DNA of 62,127 nucleotides, filler included, from Chiloscyllium plagiosum (GCF_004010195.1; 3 parts of one record of this genome joined end to end with filler, not necessarily neighbours in it); one strand, 5' to 3'. Counted from the first letter of the whole stretch, positions 12,563 through 25,410 are shown. Made by a program: numbers and translations. The notes: generated by a model not told the origin, from the sequence alone.

Positions 12563-13926
12563 TAGTGGTGTACCCGAGAACTCTGTGGGAAGCTAGAGAA
12601 GTGATTGCTGGGCCTCTTGCTGAGATATTTGTATCATCGATAGTCACAGGTGAGGTGCCGGAAGACTGGAGGTTGGCAAACGTGGTGCCACTGTTTAAGA
12701 AGGGCGGAAAAGACATGCCAGGGAATTATAGACCGGTGAGCCTGACCTCAGTGGTGGGCAAGTTGTTGGAGGAATCCTGAGGGGACAAGATGTACATGTA
12801 TTTGGAAAGGCAAGGACTNNNNNNNNNNNNNNNNNNNNNNNNNNNNNNNNNNNNNNNNNNNNNNNNNNNNNNNNNNNNNNNNNNNNNNNNNNNNNNNNNN
12901 NNNNNNNNNNNNNNNNNNNNNNNNNNNNNNNNNNNNNNNNNNNNNNNNNNNNNNNNNNNNNNNNNNNNNNNNNNNNNNNNNNNNNNNNNNNNNNNNNNNN
13001 NNNNNNNNNNNNNNNNNNNNNNNNNNNNNNNNNNNNNNNNNNNNNNNNNNNNNNNNNNNNNNNNNNNNNNNNNNNNNNNNNNNNNNNNNNNNNNNNNNNN
13101 NNNNNNNNNNNNNNNNNNNNNNNNNNNNNNNNNNNNNNNNNNNNNNNNNNNNNNNNNNNNNNNNNNNNNNNNNNNNNNNNNNNNNNNNNNNNNNNNNNNN
13201 NNNNNNNNNNNNNNNNNNNNNNNNNNNNNNNNNNNNNNNNNNNNNNNNNNNNNNNNNNNNNNNNGCAGGTAGATAGGATAGTGAAGAAGGCGTTTGGTAT
13301 GCTTTTATTGGTCAGAGTATTGAGTACAGGAGTTGGGAGGTTATGTTGCGGCTGTACAGGACATTGGTTAGGCCACTGTTCGAATATTGCATGCAATTCT
13401 GGTCTCCTTCCTATCGGAAAGATGTTGTGAAACTTGAGAGGGTTCAGAAAAGATTTACAAGGATGTTGCCAGGGTTGGAGGATTTGAGCTACAGGGAGAG
13501 GCTGAACAGGCTGTGGCTGTTTTCCCTGGAGCGTCAGAGGCTGAGGGGGTGACCTTATAGAGGTTTACAAAATTATGAGGGGCAGGGATAAGATAAATAG
13601 ACAAAGTCTTTTCCCTGGGGTGGGGGAGTCCAGAACTAGAGGGCATAGGTTTAGAGTGAGAGGAAAAAGATATAAAAGAGACCTAAGGGGCAACTATTTC
13701 ACACAAAGGGTGGTACATGTATGGATGGAGCTGCCAGAGGATGTGGTGGAGGCTGGTACAATTGCAGCATTTAAGAGGCATTTGGATGCGTATATGAATA
13801 GGAAGGGTTTGGAGGGATATAGGCCGGGTGCTGGCAGGTGGGACTAGATTGGGTTGGGATATTTAATCAGCATGGATGGGTTGGACCGAAGGGTCTGTTT
13901 CCATGCTGTACATCTCTATGACTCTA
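12563..13926 (+). mobile_element. 5'-truncated HER1/CR1 LINE (internal gap 12819-13264)
   Basis: Translates VPEDWRLANVVPLFKKG...NYRPVSLTS and LYRTLVRPLFEYCMQFWSP. CR1 3' tail CTCTATGACTCTA. Confidence 0.93.
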
Positions 13927-14200
13927 CCAACCATTCTACCCCAGAAACCGTTTCCCCTCAGTCAAGCCATCAAAATACCCCAATATCTCCTGAATGAATG
14001 GCTTGGCAGTCAGTCATATTCAAAAACAGATTCCTTTTAAAAAAGTCCCCCATTACATCTGACGTCTTTCATGTCCTAAAACTAACTCAAAGCCCGATAA
14101 AGCTAACAATTGCTTCAAAATTCAGGAATAATGCTCTCTGGCCTAATCTTTTAACCCATGTTCCCAAGAATTGAGACATCACATTTGGAGTGCCACTTAC

Positions 14201-14369
14201 TGTAGCTCAATGGAAGCATAGCATATCCCATGCCAGGGAAGTAGGAGCCTTTCACTATATTCTGATAGCACTGTTTGCTTCCTATATTCCGAATAACATC
14301 TTCAATTCCAGCAGATCCTTGATTCATCCAGGACCATCTACGCATGCAGCCATCTAAGCGGGGGTTCAT
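14201..14369 (-). CDS. internal exon of protein S/GAS6/SHBG-family gene (MNPRLDGCMRRWSWMNQGSAGIEDVIRNIGSKQCYQNIVKGSYFPGMGYAMLPLSY)
   Basis: Acceptor ctgtctccag, donor A|gtaagt, 169 bp, phase 0 to 1. NPRLDGC and KGSYFPG are family motifs. Upstream exons were not found before the 18615 join. Confidence 0.93.
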
Positions 14370-15716
14370 CTGGAGACAGAACAGAGTTTCATGCGTGAAT
14401 GAAGGTGTGAATGTACAATACCGAGAAAGATGTGTTTTCTCTTCCACAGTTTTACATTTGACCTGATTAAGATTTTGTGTTAATTTTATCTTAGTCTAAA
14501 CTAAGTCTGGGTGGGATTCTCTTTGGAGGGTCGGTGTAGACTTGATGGGCTGAATGGCCTGTTTCCACACTGTAGGGATTCTATGATAAACAGATCCCAG
14601 CCCAGAAGCCAATCCTTAAAATGTTGTGAACTCAATTGGCCTGACTGTATCAATGCTGATGAGGAAAATGTCTCAAAACATTTAATCTTCTTTCACAAAA
14701 TAAGTTAGTTCCAATATGTCCAAACAAGCCTCTCTTATTGATGAATCTCAGCTGGACAAAAAAAAACAACTTGCTGGATTGTACTTCAAGATTAATTTGC
14801 AAAGCTGCTGGGGTTCGTGGTTAATTAGGACTTGCCTGTCAAAACCATTCTTCCTCCCACTAAGCCAGGAGCCTCAATTTTATTTCACAATATTTGAACA
14901 CTTTAAAACATTTCACAGTTTTTGCATGTTGTGGGGGTGTGGGTGGCATGGACAAGGTCATTCTTTATTGCTCAGCACTTGTTGCCTGGATGCATTGAGC
15001 CAATCACAGAGTGCGGAATTGGGAATCAGCTCCAGGCCACATCATGTATAGATGGCAGCCTTTCTATCCTGGAAGGATACACTTTAGCCGGTTAGGAATT
15101 CCACATCAGTCCGACAGTGCTCGCAGTCACTTTCCGGTGCCAGGCCAGACATTTTCAGAATTACTGAATTGAATCGCACAGTGTTTCCATGGTTTGGATT
15201 CGGATCTGACAACCTCTAGGAATCTTGTGCAAACCGCAAACCACTGGGCTGTTTTTATTTAATCCAAATTTCACATGAAGGGCTATACTGAGCAGTTAAA
15301 CCTCAAGCCAAGGACAACTCAATGGAAATCATTCAGGTATACTTCATTCATTAAAAAAAAATCAAATTAAAACACCCAGTACCTGTTTTGTACCACTCAA
15401 TTTCCCAGATTTACTTCATAAATACGCCAAAAACCATCCAAGTTATAGACAGACATGCATCTACAATACATCTAATCATCCCTTACAGTCATAGAGATGT
15501 ACAGCTGAAAACAGATCCTTTGGTCCAACTCCTTCATACTGACCAGATATCCTAAATCAATCTAGTCCCATTTGCCAGCTTCCCACAATTTAGACATCTT
15601 CAAGATTCCAGAGCCAGTGATAAGCTGAATGTGGTATTGAGGAATACTGACAAGATCACAAACTGTTTTGTTATATTCGCACTGACAGGTCAAAATCTGA
15701 AATAAGCATCTCAGGC

Positions 15717-16625
15717 AAGTGCAATACTCCCTCAGTACTGACCCTCGACCAGTGCAGTGTTCACAGCACTGACCCTCTGACAATGCAGCACTCCCTCAGT
15801 ACCGACCCTCCAACAGTGCAGTGTTTACAGTACTGACCCTCCAACATGCAACACCTCCTCAGTACTGACTCTTTGACAACGCAGCACACCCTCAGTACTG
15901 ACACTCCAACAGTGCATCATTCCCTCGGTACTGACCCACCAACAGTGCAGCACTCCCTCAGTACTGACCCTCTGACAGTGCAGCACTGCCTCAGCACTGA
16001 CCTTCCAACAGTGCAGCACGCCCTCAATACTGACCCTCTGACAGTGTATCACTCCCTCAGTACTGACCCTCTGACAGTACAGCACTCCCTCAGCACTGAC
16101 CTTCCAACAGTGCAGCACTCCCTCAGTACTGACCCTCTGACAGTGTATCACTCCCTCAGTACTAACCCTCTGACAGTGCAGCACTCCCTCAGCACTGACC
16201 CTCTGACAGTGTCGCACTACCTCAGTACTGACCCTCTGGCAGTGCAGCACTCCCTCAGTACTGATCCTCCAACAGTGCACCACGCCCTCGGTACTGACCC
16301 TCTGACAGTACAGCACTCCCTCAGCACTGACCTTCCAACAGTGCAGCACGCCCCCGGTACTGACCCTCTGACAGTGTATCACTCCCTCAGTACTAACCCT
16401 CTGACAGTGCAGCACTCCCTCAGCACTGACCCTCTGACAGTGTCGCACTACCTCAGTACTGACCCTCTGGCAGTGCAGCACTCCCTCAGTACTGATCCTC
16501 CAACAGTGCACCACGCCCTCGGTACTGACCCTCTGACAGTGCAGCACTCCCTCAGTACTGACCCTCTGACAGTGCAGTGCTCCCTCAGTACTGACCCTCG
16601 TAAAGAACAGTGCTTCATCAGTATT
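15717..16625. repeat. 33-bp minisatellite array with a 231-bp higher-order duplication
   Basis: Same unit. The diagnostic variant CACGCCCTCG recurs at 16281 and 16512, which is 7 x 33 bp apart. Confidence 0.93.
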
Positions 16626-16689
16626 GGTCTCTGGACAGTGAGTCCTCCCTCAGGATGTTTGGCAGCATTTGCAGTGCTACTCAAATATG

Positions 16690-17395
16690 GAAACAGTCCA
16701 TGTGCAAAAACAGCAAGATCTGGACAATATCCAGGCTTGGGCTGATAAGTTGAAAGCAACATTCATGCTACACAAGTATCAGGCAATGACCATCTTAAAC
16801 AAAAGAGAATCTAACCATCATGTCTTGACATTCAATGGGATTGCTACTGGTGAATTCCCCACTCTCAACATCCAGAGGTTACTATTGACTAGAAACTTAA
16901 CTGGACCAGCCATATAAATACAGGGGCTACAATGGCAGGTCAGAGGCTAGGAATTCCGCAGCAAGTGACTCACCTTCTGTCTTCCCAATCAATGCCTGTT
17001 TACTATCTACAACGTGTAAGTCAAGCATGTGATAACATACTCTATACTTTCCTGGATGACTGCACCTCCAGGGTGCACTGAAGTAAACTTCCTAACACTC
17101 CTCGAACAGCACCTTCCGAACCATGAACTCTACCATCTGGAAGCCTAAATGTAGCAGAGACACGGGAACACCTGCACCTAGAAGGTCTCCTCCAAGACAC
17201 ACACCATCCTGACTTTGAAATATATCATTGTTCATTCAGAATTCGACAGCTCCCTCCCTATCAGAACTGTGGGTGTCCCTACATCCTAAGCGCAGCAATT
17301 CCTGAAGGCAGCTCACCGCCAGAATGTTATCCAGGGCAATGTGGGATGGGCAAAAGATTCTAGCAACGATGTCCACGCCACATTAGCAAATAAAG
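16690..17395 (+). mobile_element. second LINE family 3' portion
   Basis: Translates QQDLDNIQAWADK. Tail GGGCAATGTGGGATGGGCAAAA is shared with other copies. Confidence 0.7.
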
Positions 17396-18384
17396 TAAAA
17401 AGACTGGCCCACCATCACTGCAGTTCTCAATGTCTTAGTCCTGCCATATATTTCTGTCTCAACATCTTAAACGATGCAGACTATACCTGACTGACCAACC
17501 GTAGTGAAGGTAAGTTGATGCACTAATTGCTTTTAATACAGGAGTAAATCTCCAGTTCATTTAGCCAATAGACATCAGCTGTGGGGATTGGAGAATTATG
17601 ACTATAGAATCTTGTCTCCTTATCTCCAATCTGTGCTGGCGCTGCCTCATTTCAGAATTCCAATCCTTCAAGTCTCTAGAAAAACATGAACACAAACAGG
17701 AAACGCTTCTATTTATCCCACTATTATCTCCAACAATTTAACCCACTGGTTCCTCACCATTAATTAATTCACAGTTTGTGAAAAACTGGGATTCTCAAAA
17801 TGCTTTTGGCCAGACTTTTACTTTGGAAGTTTCTGGCTGACCTCTCCTTACACTGACCACATAGCCTCGAAGTTGTTTCACAGATTCATTACTTGGTTAA
17901 TTGGAATCTGACCACTTCTCTCCCACACTGACTTTGGCCAGTGTTCAGAGAAGTATCTTTAACAAGGCTACGGGAAACAATGTTCAATTTATTCCAAAAC
18001 TTAGTTAGACCACACTTGGAATGTATCAAATATATTCTCCATATCAGAAAAAAGAATACAGCAGTGGTAAAAGTTCAAAAATGATTTATGAATGTGATAG
18101 TGGAGAGATTATCACAACCTTGAATGGTTTAATGTAACGGGACTCTTTAATGTAGGAAAGAGAGGGCGGAAGGAAATCCTCACAAAAGGTTTAAGGTATA
18201 GATGGCATAATTAGTAAGTTAAAAACCGAAAGAACTGCGGATGCTGGAAATCAAAAACTAAAACAGAACTTGCTGGAAAATCTCAGCAGGTCTGGCAATA
18301 TCTGTGGAGAATAGCTGCAGTCAACATTTCAAGTCCAATGACCCTTCTTCCGGACATAATTAGCCGATGTTTGGGTAGAGTATA

Positions 18385-18614
18385 GGAGCTGGAAATGTGT
18401 TGCTGGAAAAGCGCAGCAGGTCAGGCAGCATCCAGGGAACAGGAGAATCGACGTTTCGGGCATAAGCCCTTCTTCAGGAATGAGGAAAGTTTGTCCAGCA
18501 GCCTAAGATAAAAGGTAGGGAGGAGGGACTTGGGAGAGGGGCGTCGGAAATGTGATAGGTGGAAAGAGGTCAAAGTGAGGGTGATAGGTCAGACTGGGGT
18601 GGGGACGGAGAGGT
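18385..18614 (-). mobile_element. Penelope-like element 3' end with hammerhead motif
   Basis: Reverse complement reads TTCCTGAAGAAGGGCTTATGCCCGAAACGTCGATT. Truncated by the contig join. Confidence 0.8.
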
Positions 18615-18714
18615 NNNNNNNNNNNNNNNNNNNNNNNNNNNNNNNNNNNNNNNNNNNNTTAATTAATTAANNNNNNNNNNNNNNNNNNNNNNNNNNNNNN
18701 NNNNNNNNNNNNNN
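18615..18714. other. artificial contig-join linker (N44-TTAATTAATTAA-N44)
   Basis: Exact 100-bp pad with a six-frame stop 12-mer. An identical pad lies at 49309-49408. Confidence 0.95.
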
Positions 18715-19003
18715 CTCAATCTCTCACCCCACACTGGGTTCAATCTCTCCCCCACACTCGGCTCAGTCTCTCCCCCACATTCGGCTCAGTCTCTCCCCCA
18801 CACTCGGCTCAATCTCTCCCCCCACACTGGGCTCAATCTCTCACCCCACACTGGGTTCAATCTCTCCCCCACATTCGGCTCAGTCTCTCCCCCACACTCG
18901 GCTCAATCTCTCCCCCCACACTGGGCTCAATCTCTCACCCCACACTGGGTTCAATCTCTCCCCCACACTCGGCTCAGTCTCTCCCCCACACTCGGCTCAA
19001 TCT
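18715..19003. repeat. 21-22-bp C-rich minisatellite (CTCAATCTCTCCCCCACACTCGG-like)
   Basis: About 13 tandem units at the start of the segment. Confidence 0.9.
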
Positions 19004-19239
19004 GTTCAACACAGGCTTCTTCCAAACTAGCCAGATAAAACAAAATCCTCTTCAAGCCAGTCACTGTTCAAAACAAGCCCCAGCAATGACTGTAGCAAAG
19101 CAAGTAGCTACAACCAGTTGTGTTAACAAAAGAAATCTCCAATCTTCAGTCGAAATAAACCATTTCAAAACTTGGTTTACTAAACTTAAAACTTCCTGAG
19201 GTTGGCACAGTGGCCACAGTCCCTCACAATCCTTGGATG

Positions 19240-19465
19240 ATTATCTGTGTAGGTTTCCTCTGAGTGCTCCAGCTTCCTCCCACAGTCCAAAGATGTGCAG
19301 GGTAGGTGGAATGGCCACACTAAATGGCCCACAGCGTCCAGGGATGTACAGGCTAGCTGGGTTAGCTGGGGAAATGTAGGGGAGTGCTTTTGGATGGGAT
19401 GCTCTTCGCAGGGCCTGTGCAGACTCAATGGACCAAATGGCCTCTTTCTGCACTCTAGGGATTAT
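19240..19465 (+). mobile_element. HE1-type SINE, 5'-degenerate
   Basis: CCTCCCACAGTCCAAAGATGTGCAGG and tail CTGCACTCTAGGGATT. Confidence 0.75.
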
Positions 19466-20056
19466 ATGATAATCTCTCAAGTTTACGTCATTCAAGCAAT
19501 ATGAAGTACAAAAGAGTCATGAAGTCATACATATTGGAAACAGACCCTTCGGTCCAACCAGTCCATGCCAACTATAATCCCAAACTAAACCAGTTCCACC
19601 TGCCTGCTCTTGGCCCATATCCCTCCAAATAGTTCTTATCTAAATGCCTTTTAAAGGTCACAACTGTACCCATTACATATATGTATGATATATTACCCGT
19701 TATAAATTTCACATTATCGCAGTGTTCCAACATATATCAACCAGTGACCAAAGAATCAAATCGCTGAGAAAAAGGATAAATTGAACAGAAATAGAAAAAT
19801 AATTTGAAACTTAATGCAAAACGAAGAAGACTTCATCACAATAATAGAGCAGAAAGCTTCCAGTTAGTTTGTCAGGGCTGAAAGATCTTTTGACATAAGA
19901 AGTTGTTTGTGTCAGGACAATTACGAGGTAATCAGAACAAAACAAACAAGGCTGACAATTTTCAGCACCTCAGGCAGCACCTGTGGAAAGTGACAAGAAT
20001 TCAAGTTCCAGGCTGATGACTTGTCAATGATCAATGATGGATCATTAATTTGAAAT

Positions 20057-20269
20057 CAACTAGGTGAAAGTGAGTACTGCTGGAGATCCGAGTCAAGATT
20101 AGAGTGGTGCTGGAAAAGCACAGCCGGTCAGGCAGCACCCGAGGAGCAGGCAAATCGACGTTTTGGGCACTTCATTCCTGGTGAGGGGCTTTTTCCCAAA
20201 ACATCGATTTTCCTGCCCCTCGGATGCTGCCTGACCTGCTGTGCTTTTCCAGCACCACTCTAATCTTGA
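20057..20269. mobile_element. fold-back Penelope pLTR-derived insertion nested in an older pLTR relic
   Basis: Inverted arms GTCAAGATTAGAGTGGTGCTGG ... CCAGCACCACTCTAATCTTGAC. TSD CATT(A/G)ATTTGAAAT at 20043-20056 and 20270-20283. Confidence 0.75.
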
Positions 20270-21814
20270 CATTGATTTGAAATGTTAACTTTTGATTTCT
20301 CGCTCCAGAGATGCTACCTGACCTGCTCAGTATCGCTAGCAATTTTTGTTTTTTATTTCAGATTCGGAGCATCTGCAGTATTTTGCTTTTAAGAGAAGCA
20401 GTCAGATATTTGCATTTACTTTAAAAGGATAGGACAAAATAAATATCGAAACAGACTATTTCCATGGATCACAGATATACTAGAGGATGTAAGAGTTTGA
20501 AGAGTAGGAGCAGGGGCATGGTTATAAGGCTGTGAGCTTCACAACCAGAATGAATGACTGAATCAGAGCACTTCAACATTTAATGGCAGGTTAAACAGGT
20601 AGTTAAAAGAATGGGAGTTAAAAGAACAGGAGTTAAAGGAACATATAGATAGAGGTAGATTTGGTACTAGTAATGAAGAGAATCAACACTAACAACATTG
20701 AGTTGAACACACCATTTCTGTACTATACTTCTAGCTAGCCTGGACAACAAAGTGCAATAATCTGAAACAGAGTCAAGAAGAAAACTTCTCTTCTGCCAGC
20801 AGGGAGTGGGGCATCGACAAAAGTACAGATTAACACCCCACATTTCTGCAATCCCTCTGAGATGCCTGTATCATGAGATATTTGTATCATCGATAGCCAC
20901 ATGCGAGGTGCTGAAAGACTGGAGGTTGGCTAACGTGGTGCCACTGTTTAAGAAAGGTGGTAAGGACAAGCCAGGAAACTATAGACCAGTGAGCCTGACG
21001 TCAATGGGGACGTCGAAGGAATCCTGAGGGACAGCCTGTACATGTATTTGGAAAGGCAAGGACTGATTAGGGATAGTCAACATGGCTTTGTGCATGGGAA
21101 ATCATATCTCACAAACTTGATTGAGCTTTTTGAATAAGTAACAAAGAGAATTGATGAGGGCAGAATAGTAGATGTGATCTATATGGACTTCAGTAAGGCA
21201 CTCGACAAGGTTACTCATGGTGGACTGGTTAACAAGGTTAGAGCACATAGAAGAGAGGGGGAACTAGCTTTTTAGATACAGATATGGTAGTAGATAGAGG
21301 ATGGTGGTGGAGGATTGCTTTTCAGACTGGGAGCCTGTGACCAGTGGTGAGCCACAAGGATCAGTGCTGGATCCACTGCTTTTCATCATTTATATGAATG
21401 ATTTGTTTGTGAACATTGGAGGAATGGTTAGTAAGATTGCAGCTGACACTAAAATTGGAGGTGCAGTGGACAGTGAAAAAGGTTACCTCAGAGTATAACA
21501 TGATCTTCATCAGATAGGCCAATGATTTGAGGAGTATCAGATAGAGTAAAATTTAGATAAATGTGAGGTGCTGCATTTTCAAAAGTCAATTCTGGGCAGG
21601 ACTTAAAGCTAAGTGTTGCTGAACAAATAGACCTTAGACTGCAAGTTCATAATTCTTTGAAAGTGGAGTTACAGGTGGATAGGATAGTGGAGAAGACATT
21701 TAGCATGACTATCTTTATTGGTCAGGATTCAGAGATGCCGGTGTTGGACTGGGGTGTACAAAGTTAAAAATCACACAACACCAGGTTATAGTCCAACAGG
21801 TTTAATTGGAAGCA

Positions 21815-21849
21815 CACTAGCTTTCGGAGCGACGCTCCTTCATCAGGTG
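21815..21849 (-). ncRNA. minimal type I hammerhead ribozyme motif
   Basis: Reverse complement is CAC-CUGAUGA-A-GGAGC GUC GCUCC-GAAA-GC-UA-GUG: intact core, stem II, palindromic stem III and 3-bp stem I. Confidence 0.7.
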
Positions 21850-21861
21850 ATTCAGGACAAT

Positions 21862-21896
21862 CACCTGATGAAGGAGCGTGGCTCCGAAAGCTAGTG
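21862..21896 (+). ncRNA. minimal type I hammerhead ribozyme motif
   Basis: CAC-CUGAUGA-A-GGAGC GUG GCUCC-GAAA-GC-UA-GUG. Confidence 0.7.
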
Positions 21897-23784
21897 TGCT
21901 TCCAATTAAACCTGTTGGACTATAACCTGGTGTTGTGTGATTTTTAACTTTATTGGTCAGTGCATTGACTATAGGAGTTGGGAGGTCATGTTGTGGCTAT
22001 ACAGGACATTGGTTAGGCCACTTTTTGAATATTGCTTACAATTCTGGTCTTCCTGCTATAGGAAGGATATTGTGAAATTTGAAAGAGTCCTGAAAAGATT
22101 TACAAAGATCATGCCAGGATTGGAGGGTTTGAGCTAAAGGGAGAGGTTGAACAGACTGGGGTTATTGTCTCTGCAGCGTCCGAGGCTGAGGGATGACCTT
22201 ATAGAGGTTAATAAAATCATGAGGGGCATGGATAGGGTGAATAGATAAGGTCTTTTGCCTGGGGTGGGGAGCCCAAAAATAGAGGGTATAGGTTTAAGGT
22301 GAGAGGGGAAAGATTTAAAAGGGACCTAAGGGGGCAACATTTTTACACAGAAGGTGGTGCGTGTATGGAATGGGCTGCCAGAGGAAGTGGTGAAGGCTGA
22401 TAAAATTACACCATTTAAAAGGCATCTGTATATGTATATGAATAGGAAATGTTTAGATGGAAATGGGCCAAATGTTGGGAAATGGGACTGTATTTGCTTA
22501 GGATATCTGGTCGGCAAGACAAGTTGAACTGAAGGGTCTGTTTCCATGCTGTACATCTCTGCGACTCTATGATTCCATAGACCATCCAATTTTAACAAGG
22601 AAAATGTGGTAAAATGTTGCAAAGTGCATATTAGCAGCGATTACTAGACAAATTTTCCAAGCTGTATCAAGGACTAGCAGGACAGGAGAGCAAAGCATGG
22701 TGAAACGAGTCAAGGAATATCTTAAAGGAAGTAAGATGTAGAGAGCGTCAAGTAAGAAATTCAAGTGCTCAGCCCCTGAATGCACAATAGCAATGCTGAA
22801 GTGAGTAACATCAGGAATAATCATGACACCCAGAATCAGAGGAATGCAGAGACCTTAGAACATGCTAAAGCTGGAGTTTACAGGGATAGGAAGGGCTACA
22901 GGCATCAGGAATTTGAATAAAATAATATTCAGTTAGGGCATTTCCATTGCCAAACTAACAACCTCAATGACAACAATAACTAACAAACTCTTTCAAACAA
23001 AAACCTAAGCACACCAAATTCTTTCTGGAACTTACAATGTTTTGTATTGGACAGAAGAGTTTTCAGGCATTTAAATCCAGCTGCATCATCACCCAAAATG
23101 TGGTAACGAATATTTCCACAACTGAGTTCTATATTTGAACAACATTAAAACATACGGAGGAAACGTAGAGAACATGAATCCTGCTGGACAGCACTAGAAA
23201 GACAAACAATTGAGAAGAATAACTCAAGAAACCTTCAACATTCAGGTAACATTTGGATTCCCTCCAAAACTATTTTGGATGAGTGACAGGACAATAGGAT
23301 TAGCCACAAGACAAGTGCCATGCAGAAAAAGGGAGGAGAGGCAGCAGCAATCAAACACTGAATGAGATATCTATGTTTTGAAATTAAATACGCAATACAT
23401 TTCAAACAAGGAATCATTCACTTAAAGGTCTCAATGTCTCCTTCAGACATACAAGAGCCACAACAATAAAATCCCTCAATAGAAATGTTAAGAGCAAAAC
23501 AACAAACAAAAGAAAGACTGGGATGTGAAACAATTGTTTACAGATTCAATCTTCTGCTGTACCTTGGCAGATATAGGTTACATACATGTGTCCAACCGCC
23601 AATTCAAACATCGATCCAATGGCCAAACTTGCCTGTTGGAAAGGTGTATCGTATATCTTGCTGAATTACTAACTGATAATATGGAAGAATGTACCTTCCA
23701 ATGAAAATATTGTACCTACACAACACTGTCAGAGCAACACTGCTTTAGGACACACTTTCCATATTTGTAAGAGACCAAACATCA

Positions 23785-24200
23785 ACAATGCAACACTCCT
23801 TCAGCACTATGCTTCTGAGTGCATCACTCCCTCAGTACTGACCCTCTGGCAGTGCATCACTCCCTCAGTACTGACCCTCTGGCAGTGCATCACTCCCTCA
23901 GCACTGTCCCTCTGACAGTGCAGCACTCCCTCAGTACTGACCCCCTGACAGTGCAGCACTCCCTCAGTGCTGACCCACTGGCAGTGCAGCACTCCCTCAG
24001 TACTGACCCTCTGACAGTGCAGCACTCCCTCAGCAGTGACCCTCTGACAGTGCAGCGCTCCCTCAGTACTGACCCTCTGACAGTGCAGCACTCCCGCAGT
24101 ACAGACCCCCCTGACAGTGCAGCACTCCCCCAGCACTGATCCTCTGACAGTGCAGCACTCCCTCAGAAATTACCCTTTGATATGCAGTACTCACTCAGTG
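23785..24200. repeat. 33-bp minisatellite array
   Basis: Same unit as the arrays in segment 1. Confidence 0.93.
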
Positions 24201-24649
24201 AATAGTATTGATTTGAAACATGTCTTCTCTAAATATGCTGGAAACAGAAAATCTATGATTATTAAATGAAACTGCAGAGGCATACGAGGGAAATAAACTC
24301 CTAGTTCACCGCCGATAAAGTGTGGAAATGGGGCTGACTGTATTACTCTGCAGTGCTGGCATAGAATTAATAGGCCTCCTTTCTTCCCTCATAACTCAAG
24401 CCTGTTTGTGTTCTGAGAAGTTCACATAGCTCATGGTAAAGCGGTAAAGTTAGGTGCCAAGATGAAACACAAGAATGTTGGACAACTGCCAAAGGTAATT
24501 TATGAGTTTTAATGTTGAGATAACAATAAGTCTAATTACCTGGCATTGATGCTCGACTTAATGCCCTGTCCAATTTTTGAAACAAAGTTAACTATTTGTG
24601 TTCCTTGCAGTGATGCCTGAAATGCAGTTAACAAATAAACCCAAATAAA

Positions 24650-25410
24650 AGGATGTTGTCAGGACTGGAGGTCTTGACTTAGAAAATTAGGCTGGACAGG
24701 CTGCAACTTTTTCCACTGAAACGTAGTAGGTTGAGGGGGTGACCTTATAGAGGTTTATAAAATAATGATGTGGAAGTGCCAGTGTTGGGCTGGGGTGAAC
24801 AAAATTAAAAATCACATGACACCAGGTTATAGTCCAACAGGTTTATTTGGAAGTACTAGCTTTGAAAGCGCTGCTCCTTTACCAGATAGTTAGTGGAGTA
24901 GGATCAGAGGACACAGAATTTATAACACAAGATCATAGTGTCATACACTGATGTGATATATTGAACAACTCTGAACAATTTTCAAAAAGCTTAGACTTCC
25001 AAATAAACCTGTTGGACTATAACCTGGTGTTGTGTGATTCTTAGCTGTAAAATAATGAGGGGCACAGAGAAGATGAAGAGGAAAGGTCCTTTTCCCTCTG
25101 GTGGGGAAATACAAAACTAGAGGGCATACATTTTTAGTGAGGAGGAAGTTGTAAAAAGGACAGGGGGCAATGTTTTCACACAGAAAGAGATTCGTGTGTG
25201 AAATGAACAGCCAGAGGAAGTGGTGGATGCAGATCCAATTACAACTTTTAAAAGACATTTGATTACGTACATGAAAAGGAAAGGCTTGGAGGGATATGGG
25301 CCAAAGGCAAGCAAGTGGAACTAGTTTAATTTGGGAACATCGTTGGCATGGACTAATTGGACCGAAGGACTAATTGGACTAATTTCCATGCTGTCTGACT
25401 GTATGACTTT
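24650..25410 (+). mobile_element. CR1 3' fragment interrupted by a family-B Penelope-derived insert (24769-25047)
   Basis: CR1 sequence GACCTTATAGAGGTTTATAAAATAATGA resumes after the insert. 11-bp TSD TAAAATAATGA at 24758-24768 and 25048-25058. Confidence 0.8.

Larger units (their letters stand above)
21726..21947. mobile_element. palindromic Penelope-derived insertion (family B) with two opposed hammerheads
   Basis: About 93-bp inverted arms at 21760-21852 and 21859-21951. 13-bp TSD CTTTATTGGTCAG at 21713-21725 and 21948-21960, inside CR1. Confidence 0.85.
20872..22572 (+). mobile_element. HER1/CR1 LINE, 5'-truncated and interrupted
   Basis: RT motifs PQGSVLDPLLFIIYMNDL, ADTKIGG and LYRTLVRP, plus the CR1 tail. 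Confidence 0.92.

Noticed and set aside
14370..18614. Upstream LamG1 exons of the protein S/GAS6/SHBG-family gene
   Set aside because: Candidate acceptors such as the one near 17675 give stops or no family motifs. The exons probably lie beyond the contig end.
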